This document shows, piece by piece, positions 8,243 through 16,559 of a stretch of 64,000 nt of DNA; within the stretch, counting starts at the first letter, position 1, and every line of letters begins with the position of its first letter. A program made the translations under genes and the position numbers. The DNA is from Deltaproteobacteria bacterium. GTDB lineage: Bacteria; Myxococcota_A; UBA9160; UBA4427. Location: contig PAQX01000033.1 of NCBI GenBank assembly GCA_002709835.1, forward strand, positions 8,538 to 72,537, given 5' to 3'. The notes below the pieces were generated by a model, which made no database searches, was not told where the DNA came from, and saw only the letters and a program-made list of their open reading frames with translations.

Positions 8243-10663
8243 ATGCCGACCCCCTTCGATGGCCTTCGTGTTCTCGATCTCTCCACCGGAATCGCCGGTC
8301 CCTTCGCGACGCGGCTCCTCGCGGACATGGGGGCCGAAGTCGTGAAGGTCGAGTCGCCGGAAGGCGATCCGCTTCGACGGATGAAGACTTCGGCCGTGCT
8401 CGGGCGATCCGCGCCCCTCGCCGAGGGCGAGGATGGCGCGCTCTTCCAGTGGTTGAATGCGTCGAAGAAGAGTCTCGTCCTCGATCTCGCGGACAGCGCC
8501 AAGGATCGTGCGAACTTCCTCCGCCTCGTCACGGACGTCGATGTCGTCGTAGAGAGCTTCGAGCCGGGGTGGCTCGACGCGCGCGCGATCGGCTTCGAGG
8601 CGATCAATGCCGCGAACCCGAAGGCGAGTCTCGTATCGATCACGCCCTTCGGTCAGGATGGTCCCTGGGCGAAGCGCGCCGCGACGGATTTCACGCTTCA
8701 GGCCGAGTCCGGCTCCTTCTCCGGTCGCGGCTACGAGGATCTCGGTCCCGTCGTCGCGGGAGGGCGGCTCGGGGAGTACTGCGCAGGCAACTTCGCCTCG
8801 GTCGCGGCGGCGACCGCGTGGCGCTCGGCGCGTCAACACGGGGCAGGGCGGCATGCGGACGTTTCGATGCTCGAGACGATGATCCTGTGCTTCCAGCCCT
8901 ATCAGTTCATCCAGGGGCAGATGCGTCCGGGCGAGCAGTTTCCCGTCATGGTCGAGGTTCCGTCGATCGAGCCGGCTTCGGACGGGATGATCGGCTTTTC
9001 GACCCAGACCTCCCAGCAGTGGCATGACCTGTGCGTCATGGTGGAGCAGCCCGAGTGGGTGACGGATGACTCCCTCTGTCTCGGGCAGGAGCGCTACGAG
9101 CGTCGCGAGGAGCTTCTCTCGAAGATCCAGGAATGGACGCGGTCCCACTCGATCGACGAGATCGTCGATCTCTGCATCCAGCTCAGGATTCCCGTCGCGC
9201 CGATCGGGAACGGCAAGACGGTGCTCGAGACGGATCACATGATTGCGCGCGGCTTCTACCGCTCCCATCCCGAGGGCTTCCAGGCGCCGGGGGTGCCCTT
9301 CCGTCTCGAAGACGGGGACGTCGCGTCGTTGACCCCGGCTCCGAAGCTCGGCGAGCACACCGAAGAGATTCTTGCGGGATTCGCGCCGCGCCCGCCTGCG
9401 CCCGTGCTTTCTTCGGTCGGGAACGCGCCGCTTGCCGGGCTCAAGGTCGTCGACTTCACCGCATTCTGGGCGGGCCCATTCGCGGCGACGACCCTTGCCG
9501 AGCTCGGCGCGGAGGTGATCAAGGTCGAATCGATCCAGCGACCGGATGGGATGCGCTTCGCGTCGGGGTTCATCCCCGAAGACGGCATCGTCTGGGAGTG
9601 GGCGCCGGTCTTCCACGGCGCCAACTCCGGCAAGAAAGCCGTCACGCTCAATCTGGACGACGAAGAAGGTCTCGCTCTCGCGCGAGAGCTCGTTCGGCAG
9701 GCCGACGTGGTGATCGAGAACTTCTCGCCCCGCGTCATGGAGCGCTTCGGCTTCGATGGGCCCGCGGTGAAAGAACTGAACCCGGACGCAATCCTGATCC
9801 GGATGCCCGCCTTCGGGCTCGACGGGCCATGGCGGGATCGGGTCGGATTCGCGATGACGATCGAGCAGGCCTCGGGGCTCGCCTGGGTGACGGGCTTTCC
9901 GGATCGCGAACCGACGGTGCCGCGCGGGATCTGTGACCCGGTCGGGGGCATGACGGCGGTGCTCGCGCTGCTGGGGGCTCTGGAGCGCAAGGGGCAGGGC
10001 GCGGGCGGTCAGGTGATCGAGGTCTCGCTGCTCGAGGTCGGCTTGTTGCTCGCGGGAGAGCAGGTCGTCGAGCAAACCGCCTACGACGTGCTGCTCGAGC
10101 GGTCGGGCAACGTCGGGCCGGTCGCGTCGCCGCAGGGCGTCTATGAATGCCGCGACGAACGGAATCCGGACGATCTCGGCTGGGTCGCGATCGCGTGTGC
10201 GAACGACGAACAGTGGAGGGCACTCGTCGAAGCGCTCGGTCGCCCTGAATGGGCGAAAGCAGACGCCTTCGCCACGGAAGCAGGACGTCGCGCCGGTGCC
10301 GACCTGATCGATCGCGGTCTCGGGAAATGGTGCGCCGGCCGGTCCGGGCAGGAAATCTGCGACGCGTTGGCTGCTGCGGGGGTCCCCGTCGGTTGGCTCC
10401 ACAACCAGCGGGAGAACGTCCCCGGCCACGAACATCTCGATGCCCGAGGCTTCCTCGAGTTCCTCGATCATCCCTTCGCGGGGCGGATCGGTTATCCGCG
10501 CTCCTCGGTCCGGTACGACGGGGTGAAGACCGAGCGCACGTTGCCGCCGCTCCTGGGCGAGCACAACGATGAGATCCTGCGCGAGCGTCTGGGGAAATCC
10601 TCCGAAGAAATCCGCGCCCTCGAGGAGAAGAAGGTCGTCGGGACGCGTCCGAGCTTCCTCTAG
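8243..10663 (+). CDS. tandem-fused family III (CaiB/BaiF) CoA-transferase, two complete domains in one chain
   Basis: The N-terminal signature appears twice: GLRVLDLSTGIAGPFATRLLADMGAEVVKVESPEGDP, and near residue 395 LAGLKVVDFTAFWAGPFAATTLAELGAEVIKVESIQRPDG. GAGGAG SD precedes ATG 8243. Confidence 0.9.
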   Translation: MPTPFDGLRVLDLSTGIAGPFATRLLADMGAEVVKVESPEGDPLRRMKTSAVLGRSAPLAEGEDGALFQWLNASKKSLVLDLADSAKDRANFLRLVTDVDVVVESFEPGWLDARAIGFEAINAANPKASLVSITPFGQDGPWAKRAATDFTLQAESGSFSGRGYEDLGPVVAGGRLGEYCAGNFASVAAATAWRSARQHGAGRHADVSMLETMILCFQPYQFIQGQMRPGEQFPVMVEVPSIEPASDGMIGFSTQTSQQWHDLCVMVEQPEWVTDDSLCLGQERYERREELLSKIQEWTRSHSIDEIVDLCIQLRIPVAPIGNGKTVLETDHMIARGFYRSHPEGFQAPGVPFRLEDGDVASLTPAPKLGEHTEEILAGFAPRPPAPVLSSVGNAPLAGLKVVDFTAFWAGPFAATTLAELGAEVIKVESIQRPDGMRFASGFIPEDGIVWEWAPVFHGANSGKKAVTLNLDDEEGLALARELVRQADVVIENFSPRVMERFGFDGPAVKELNPDAILIRMPAFGLDGPWRDRVGFAMTIEQASGLAWVTGFPDREPTVPRGICDPVGGMTAVLALLGALERKGQGAGGQVIEVSLLEVGLLLAGEQVVEQTAYDVLLERSGNVGPVASPQGVYECRDERNPDDLGWVAIACANDEQWRALVEALGRPEWAKADAFATEAGRRAGADLIDRGLGKWCAGRSGQEICDALAAAGVPVGWLHNQRENVPGHEHLDARGFLEFLDHPFAGRIGYPRSSVRYDGVKTERTLPPLLGEHNDEILRERLGKSSEEIRALEEKKVVGTRPSFL

Positions 10664-10760
10664 GCCATCGAAGGGCCCTCGCCAGCGCCTCGAAAACGGG
10701 GGCAGCGACTGCTCGTCCAGTGTGTAACGTAGAGGGATACCAACGATTGGAGGGCCACCC

Positions 10761-11927
10761 ATGGGCCGCAAGTACCAGATCATTTCCGGTGACGGGCACG
10801 TCGAGACGCCCCCTGAGTCCTGGGTCAAGTACATGCCCGAGATCTACCAGGACCGCGCGCCGCGCCTGGTGAAACTCGCGACCGGCGGTGAAGCCTGGCT
10901 CATCGAAGGCCAGCCGCTGATCCCGAACGGCCAGAACATCACGGGCCGTGGTCCTGTCGTGACCGAGGGCGGTAGCTACTTCAACGAAGATGGAAGTTCC
11001 GCGGAAGGCGCCGGCGACGCAGCCCAGCGTCTGCGTGAGCAGGACATCGACGGCATCGATGCCGAGGTCCTCTTCCCGCCGATCTTCGCGTCGCGGGCGA
11101 TCGAGAACATCGGGGACAAGGACGTCTACCGCGCCCTCATTCGCGCATACAACACCTTCCTCGCGAGGGATTACTGCGCCGTCGCCCCCGATCGGCTGAT
11201 CGGGAACGGGGTGGTCCCCACGACGGGGGTCGAAGACGCGATCGCCGAGATCGAGTTCCTCGTCGACAACGGTATCCGCTCGGTTTCGCTCCACATGTTC
11301 CCGAACGGCTCCGGCTTCGCGAAGCCCGAAGACGACGAATTCTGGAAGCGTTCCCTCGAGATCGGCATGAAGCTCTCGCCGCATTTCGGGTTCGGGCAGT
11401 TTGCGCCGGACATGAGCAGCGTGGGCGTCGGCACCGGCCCCGACCCTTTTGCTGGGACGATCGTCCAGCGCGTCAGCGGCCAGCCGCCGATGTACAACAT
11501 GAGCCAGATCATCTGCTCGGGTGCCCTCGACCGCTTCCCGGATCTTCAGTTCTACTTCGCAGAAGTGAACGCGAGCTGGCTGCCCTGGGGTCTCTTCGTG
11601 ATCGACGACAACTACGAGATCTTCAAGGGCACCTTCGATCGAAAGCTCGAGCGGAAGCCGTCCGAGTACATCCTCGATCATTTCTGGTTCGGGATCATCC
11701 GAGATCCCAAGTGCGTCGCGATGCGTGACCACCTCCCCTTCGATCGATTGATGTTCGGCTCGGATTTTCCGCATTCGGTCGGGTCCTATCCGAAGTCGAA
11801 GCAGTTCCTCGATGACGCCTTCGACGGCGTGCCGGACTCCTACCGGAGCCAGATGCTCCTCGAGAACCCGGCGAAGTACTTCGACCTGGACCTCGACGCC
11901 GACATCACTCCGACGCCGGAGGCCTAG
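10761..11927 (+). CDS. amidohydrolase-2 family (metal-dependent TIM-barrel hydrolase/decarboxylase)
   Basis: YQIISGDGHVETPP (HxH-type metal motif region), ...DGIDAEVLFP..., ...RLMFGSDFPHS at the C-terminus. GGAGGG SD. Confidence 0.85.
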   Translation: MGRKYQIISGDGHVETPPESWVKYMPEIYQDRAPRLVKLATGGEAWLIEGQPLIPNGQNITGRGPVVTEGGSYFNEDGSSAEGAGDAAQRLREQDIDGIDAEVLFPPIFASRAIENIGDKDVYRALIRAYNTFLARDYCAVAPDRLIGNGVVPTTGVEDAIAEIEFLVDNGIRSVSLHMFPNGSGFAKPEDDEFWKRSLEIGMKLSPHFGFGQFAPDMSSVGVGTGPDPFAGTIVQRVSGQPPMYNMSQIICSGALDRFPDLQFYFAEVNASWLPWGLFVIDDNYEIFKGTFDRKLERKPSEYILDHFWFGIIRDPKCVAMRDHLPFDRLMFGSDFPHSVGSYPKSKQFLDDAFDGVPDSYRSQMLLENPAKYFDLDLDADITPTPEA

Positions 11928-12023
11928 CTTTCGCGGGGCCTTCCTTCGGTATCTCGCCGGCCTGCGACGACCCGTTGCGGGCCGGTTTCGTCAGACACAC
12001 TCCATCATCACTCCCGAGGCAAG

Positions 12024-12470
12024 ATGAGCGAATCCGTTTCCGATGCCGAGTTGGTCGAGCGCTTCCCGTGGGTCCAGATCACTCACGATTCGAAGTTTCA
12101 CTTCCGAGGTTGGCTCGACAAGCAGCTCCTGATCAACCGCTGCGCCGATTGCGGCAACTGGCACCACCCGCCGAAGCCGGTCTGTCCGGTCTGCTGGTCC
12201 GAGAATCTGGTCCCGACCGAGGTCGACGGAACCGGGACGATCCATCTGGCGATGGCGCTCCACCAAGGCGCGCCGGCGCCCGGAGTCGACTACGCGAAGG
12301 GACCGCACCCGGTCGTCGCCGTCGACCTCGATGGCGCGGACGGCGTTCGCTTCAGCAGTACGGTCATCGGTCTGCCGCCCGAGGAAGTCGTGATCGGTCT
12401 GCCGGTTGAGCTCGACTGGGTAGAGCGCTACGGCCACCCGTTCCCGGTCTTCCGAAAGCGTGAGGCGTAG
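12024..12470 (+). CDS. Zn-ribbon/OB-fold protein (DUF35 family)
   Basis: CADCGNWHHPPKPVCPVC four-Cys rubredoxin-like ribbon followed by an OB-fold-like region. Sits directly upstream of a thiolase-like gene, the canonical DUF35 arrangement. Confidence 0.85.
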   Translation: MSESVSDAELVERFPWVQITHDSKFHFRGWLDKQLLINRCADCGNWHHPPKPVCPVCWSENLVPTEVDGTGTIHLAMALHQGAPAPGVDYAKGPHPVVAVDLDGADGVRFSSTVIGLPPEEVVIGLPVELDWVERYGHPFPVFRKREA

Positions 12471-12474
12471 CAAC

Positions 12475-13665
12475 ATGGCACGACGAAATCCGATGCGAGA
12501 CGAGATCGCGATCGTCGGTGTGGGGTCGACCGATTTCAGCCGGGATGCGGGGGGAATCTCTGCGGCGAAGCTGGGGGCGCAGGCCTGTATCGCTGCGATC
12601 CAGGACGCGGGGATCGACAAGAGCGAGATCGATGGGGTGGTCGGGGCGCTTGAGCCCGGCGCCCCGCGCGCGAACCAGATGTCCTCGATCCTGGGGCTGA
12701 ACGACATCACCCATCATTCGAGTCCGATGCCCGTCGCGGTCTCCGCGCTCGTCGACGCGATGACGGCGATCTTCTCGGGGCAGTGCGACACGGTCCTCGT
12801 GTACTACGCGTTCACCCGGGCGCCGTGGAACTCGCGCTCCGCAGCGCAAGATCCCTTCCGGAGCTACCTCGGTGGGATGATGAGCGGCGGACTCAAGGCA
12901 CCGCCGATGCCCGAGTCGATCGATCCGTCGGCGGCCTATACCGCCTGGGCCCAGCGCTATATCCATGAGTACGACGTTCCGCGCGAAACCTTCGGTCGGG
13001 TGGCCATGAACATGCGTGCGAACGCGGCCAGGAATCCGAAGGCGGCAATGAAGACGCCCCTCACCATGGAGGCCTATCTGGAAGCGCGCATGATCCGGGA
13101 TCCGCTCTGCATGCTCGACATGGATATTCCGGTCGATGGGGCGGATGCCTTCATCCTGACGACGACCGAGAAGGCGAAGAAGCTGACGCCGAATCCCGTC
13201 GTGGTGCACACGGCGACGGCCGGCATGGTCGGTCGCAACGACGAAGACCAGCTGCCCTCCCTCGAGCGCCACGGTCAGCACGTCGTCGTCGAAGCGCTCA
13301 AGGAGCGCAGCGACGTCTGGATCGACGACGTCGACGTCTTCTTTCCCTACGACGGCTTCTCGATCATCACCCTCGGTTGGATCGAGAACATGGGCTTCGC
13401 GAAGCGTGGACAGGCGGGACGTTGGATGCTCGATCATTGGGACGAGGATCTCGGCTGCGTGATGATCGATGGGCGTGTCCCGATGAATCCCCACGGCGGT
13501 TCGCTGTCGGAAGGGGCTTCTCGCGGGACCGGCCATCTGCGCGAGGCAGTCATGCAGCTTCGTGGCGACGCAGGTGAGAGACAGGTCCATGACGCGAAGA
13601 CGGCTTTGATCGGCTGCGGCGGGTTCTTCTTCAACTCCCAGGGTGCGATCCTTAAGCGGCTCTAA
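12475..13665 (+). CDS. thiolase-like / SCP-x-type lipid-transfer protein
   Basis: EIAIVGVGSTDFSRD...AAKLGAQACIAAIQDAGIDKSEIDGVV... and a C-terminal ...NPHGGSLSEG...GCGG pattern. Start set to ATG 12475, after the DUF35 stop. Confidence 0.85.
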   Translation: MARRNPMRDEIAIVGVGSTDFSRDAGGISAAKLGAQACIAAIQDAGIDKSEIDGVVGALEPGAPRANQMSSILGLNDITHHSSPMPVAVSALVDAMTAIFSGQCDTVLVYYAFTRAPWNSRSAAQDPFRSYLGGMMSGGLKAPPMPESIDPSAAYTAWAQRYIHEYDVPRETFGRVAMNMRANAARNPKAAMKTPLTMEAYLEARMIRDPLCMLDMDIPVDGADAFILTTTEKAKKLTPNPVVVHTATAGMVGRNDEDQLPSLERHGQHVVVEALKERSDVWIDDVDVFFPYDGFSIITLGWIENMGFAKRGQAGRWMLDHWDEDLGCVMIDGRVPMNPHGGSLSEGASRGTGHLREAVMQLRGDAGERQVHDAKTALIGCGGFFFNSQGAILKRL

Positions 13666-13685
13666 CCCGAAAGAAGGCGGACGAG

Positions 13686-15416
13686 ATGGCGGACTTCGTC
13701 ATTCGTGGAGCGACGATCCTCGATGGGACGGGCACGCCCGGTTTCGTCGGGGACGTCGGGGTGCGCGAGGGTCGGATCGCGTTCGTCGGCACCGGCGACG
13801 CAGAGGGGCTGGAGGTCGTCGATGGGACGGGCCTCATGCTCACGCCCGGTTTCGTGGACCCACACACCCACTACGACGCCCAGCTCGCCTGGGACCCCAC
13901 GGCCTCGCCCTCGAACCTGCATGGCGTCACGACCATCATCGGCGGCAACTGCGGCTTCTCGATCGCGCCGCTCGGCCCGAACGACGCCGACTACATCCGG
14001 CGGATGATGTCGGTCGTCGAGGGGATGCCCCTCGAAGCGCTCGAACAAGGCATCGACTGGGGCTGGCAGGGCTTCGGGGAGTGGCTCGACCGGTTGGACG
14101 GGAAGACGGCGGTGAATGCCGCTTTTCTCGTCGGCCACTGCGCGCTCCGGCGTACGGTGATGGGGGACCGCGCGGTCGGGAACGAAGCGACGGTAGAAGA
14201 GATCGCCGCGATGTCGACGCTCCTTCGCGAGTCGATTCAGAGTGGGGCGATCGGCCTCTCGTCTTCCCGCTCCTTCACGCACCGCGATGGTGACGGCGAA
14301 CCCGTGCCTTCCCGGGCTGCGAGCGAGGAAGAGCTTCTGGCGCTCTGTGACGTCACGGGTGCACACGAGGGCACGACCCTCGAGTTCATCACCGACGGCT
14401 GTCTTCATGGATTCGAGGACCGCGAGGTCGACCTGATGACGCGCATGTCCCTCCGTGCGGGACGTCCGCTGAACTGGAACGTCTTCACGATCGATTCGAA
14501 GGAGCCGGATCGCTTTCGCAATCAGTTGACCGCCCAGGAGAAGGCGGCGGAGCAGGGCGCCGAAGTCGTGGCGCTCACGATGCCGACCCTGGTCGGGCTG
14601 ACGATGAGCTTTGAAACCTACTCGCCGATCCATCAGCTGCCGGGATGGCGCGACGTCCTCTCGCTTCCGCTCCAGGAGCGGATGGCTGAGCTCCGTAAGC
14701 CGGACGTCCGCGCTCGTCTCCTCGAGGGTTCACGCTCCCCCGAAGCGGGGGTCTTCGCGAGGGTCGCCGACTTCCCGAATTTCCGGATCGGCGAGACCCA
14801 TTCGAGAGCGAACGAAGGGCTGACCGGTCGGCTGGTCAAGGACATCGCTGGCGAGCGCGCTGCGCAGGACTTCGACACCCTCATCGACATCGTCCTCGAA
14901 GACGACCTGCGGACCGTCCTCTGGCCGGATCCACCGGACGACGACGAGTCGAGCTGGGCGCTTCGTCGCCAGGCCTGGGAGAACGGACACACCCTCCTTG
15001 GCGGTTCGGATGCGGGTGCACATCTCGACCGGATGTGCGGCGCGCCTTATACGACCGACTTCCTGGCGGATTGTTTGCGGGGGCGGAAGCTCTGGCCCGT
15101 CGAAAAGGCGGTGCAGGCGCTCACCGACCGCCCGGCGCGCCTCTTCGGCCTACGCGATCGAGGGCGCATCGCGCCGGGGCACTACGCGGACCTCGTCCTC
15201 TTCGATCCCGCAGAGATCGGCTCCGGCCTGATCCACGAACGCCGCGACCTGCCTGGGGATTCGGCCCGCTTGTTCGCGGAGTCGACCGGAATTCGACGCG
15301 TCTACGTAAACGGCGAGGCGATCGTCGTCGAGGGATGCCCGACGGAGGCCGTTCCGGGTCGGATCCTACGTTCGGGTAGGGATACCGAGACGGTCGGGAT
15401 CCCGGCGCGCGGCTGA
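13686..15416 (+). CDS. N-acyl-D-amino-acid deacylase-like amidohydrolase
   Basis: FVIRGATILDGTG...GDVGVREGRIAFVG...TPGFVDPHTHYD, then ...LGGSDAGAHLD..., typical of the D-aminoacylase family. Confidence 0.85.
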   Translation: MADFVIRGATILDGTGTPGFVGDVGVREGRIAFVGTGDAEGLEVVDGTGLMLTPGFVDPHTHYDAQLAWDPTASPSNLHGVTTIIGGNCGFSIAPLGPNDADYIRRMMSVVEGMPLEALEQGIDWGWQGFGEWLDRLDGKTAVNAAFLVGHCALRRTVMGDRAVGNEATVEEIAAMSTLLRESIQSGAIGLSSSRSFTHRDGDGEPVPSRAASEEELLALCDVTGAHEGTTLEFITDGCLHGFEDREVDLMTRMSLRAGRPLNWNVFTIDSKEPDRFRNQLTAQEKAAEQGAEVVALTMPTLVGLTMSFETYSPIHQLPGWRDVLSLPLQERMAELRKPDVRARLLEGSRSPEAGVFARVADFPNFRIGETHSRANEGLTGRLVKDIAGERAAQDFDTLIDIVLEDDLRTVLWPDPPDDDESSWALRRQAWENGHTLLGGSDAGAHLDRMCGAPYTTDFLADCLRGRKLWPVEKAVQALTDRPARLFGLRDRGRIAPGHYADLVLFDPAEIGSGLIHERRDLPGDSARLFAESTGIRRVYVNGEAIVVEGCPTEAVPGRILRSGRDTETVGIPARG

Positions 15417-15443
15417 CGCCTCTCGGCACGCCGCGCGCGCGGG

Positions 15444-15794
15444 TCACATCTCGCGCTTCTGGACCCATGACGTGCACCAGGCCGTCGTCGGGACCTTGCC
15501 CTCCACGAAGAGCCCGCACTTACCGTACTCGCCTTCGTTCACGATGAGCAGCGCGCAGTTCCCGCACTGCTGCCCTTCTCGTTCCGAGTCGCCGATGTAC
15601 GCGACCTGGGAGAGCAGGAGTGAGTTGCTCTTGACGTCGGACACGAGGTCCGGGCCGGCTTTTTCGGCGTCCTCGTGGTGATCGGCGAGAGCCGGCACCG
15701 CCGGCGTCGCCACGGCGAGGGCGGTGCCCATCGCGAGTAGGTGGAAATCACGGCGACTGATCGCCTTCCGCGGGGTCTCTTTCTTCGAATTCAT
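15444..15794 (-). CDS. high-potential iron-sulfur protein (HiPIP) with a Tat signal
   Basis: SRRDFH twin-arginine motif. Cluster ligands CGNC-x13-C-x13-WC followed by TSW (GWCxxW-type). Lies 3 nt downstream of sdhB on the same strand. Confidence 0.9.
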   Translation of the reverse strand: MNSKKETPRKAISRRDFHLLAMGTALAVATPAVPALADHHEDAEKAGPDLVSDVKSNSLLLSQVAYIGDSEREGQQCGNCALLIVNEGEYGKCGLFVEGKVPTTAWCTSWVQKREM

Positions 15795-15797
15795 GCC

Positions 15798-16559
15798 CTA
15801 GGTCCTCTCTTCTTCGCGCGCCGCACCGAGCATTTTTCGCCGCAGATAGGCGTATTGCTCGAGTAGCGGGAGCTCCTTCGGGCACACGTCGTGGCAGCCC
15901 ATCAGGCCGATGCAGCCGAAGACGCCGTTCTCGTCCGAGACGACTTCGAACCAATCGTCTTCGCTCCGCGCGTCGCGCGGATCCCGCATGAAACGGGCGA
16001 TCCGGTTGAGACCAGCCGCCCCGACGAAGTCGGGATTGACGTTCGCCACGCCGCAACCTGCGATGCAGCAGCCGCACTCGATGCAGCGCTCGCCCTCGTA
16101 GATCGCCTGAGCGAGGTCCGCGTCCATGCGCTCCTCTTCCGCGTGGGCCTGGAAGGGCGCCTTCTCCTCGATCCAGCCCCCTACCTGCTCCGCCATACCG
16201 CGAAACCAGGTGCCGGTATCGACCGACAGGTCGCCGATCAGCTTGAAGACGGGGAGCGGCTCGAGCCGGATCGTTTCGCCGAGGTCGCGCGTGAGCGTGT
16301 TGCACGCGAGCCGGGGTCTTCCGTTGACGAGCATTCCGCAGGAGCCGCAGATCGCAGAGCGACAGGCGAAGTCGAATTGCAGGCTCGGATCCTGCTCTTC
16401 ACGAATCCGGTTGAGCGCAATGTACAGCGTCATGAAGGGCTGCTCGTCGAGCTCGAAGGTCTGATGGTGCGGTTCCGAAGACGGGTCTTCGGGGTTGAAC
16501 CGGAAGATCTCGAAACGAAGTCGTCGCGGCGTCTCGAGCGTGATCATTTCAGTGCTCAT
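15798..16559 (-). CDS. sdhB: succinate dehydrogenase/fumarate reductase iron-sulfur subunit
   Basis: Three cluster motifs: CRSAICGSCGMLVNGRPRLAC, CIECGCCIAGC, CIGLMGCHDVCP. ATGA overlap with sdhA. Confidence 0.92.
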   Translation of the reverse strand: MSTEMITLETPRRLRFEIFRFNPEDPSSEPHHQTFELDEQPFMTLYIALNRIREEQDPSLQFDFACRSAICGSCGMLVNGRPRLACNTLTRDLGETIRLEPLPVFKLIGDLSVDTGTWFRGMAEQVGGWIEEKAPFQAHAEEERMDADLAQAIYEGERCIECGCCIAGCGVANVNPDFVGAAGLNRIARFMRDPRDARSEDDWFEVVSDENGVFGCIGLMGCHDVCPKELPLLEQYAYLRRKMLGAAREEERT

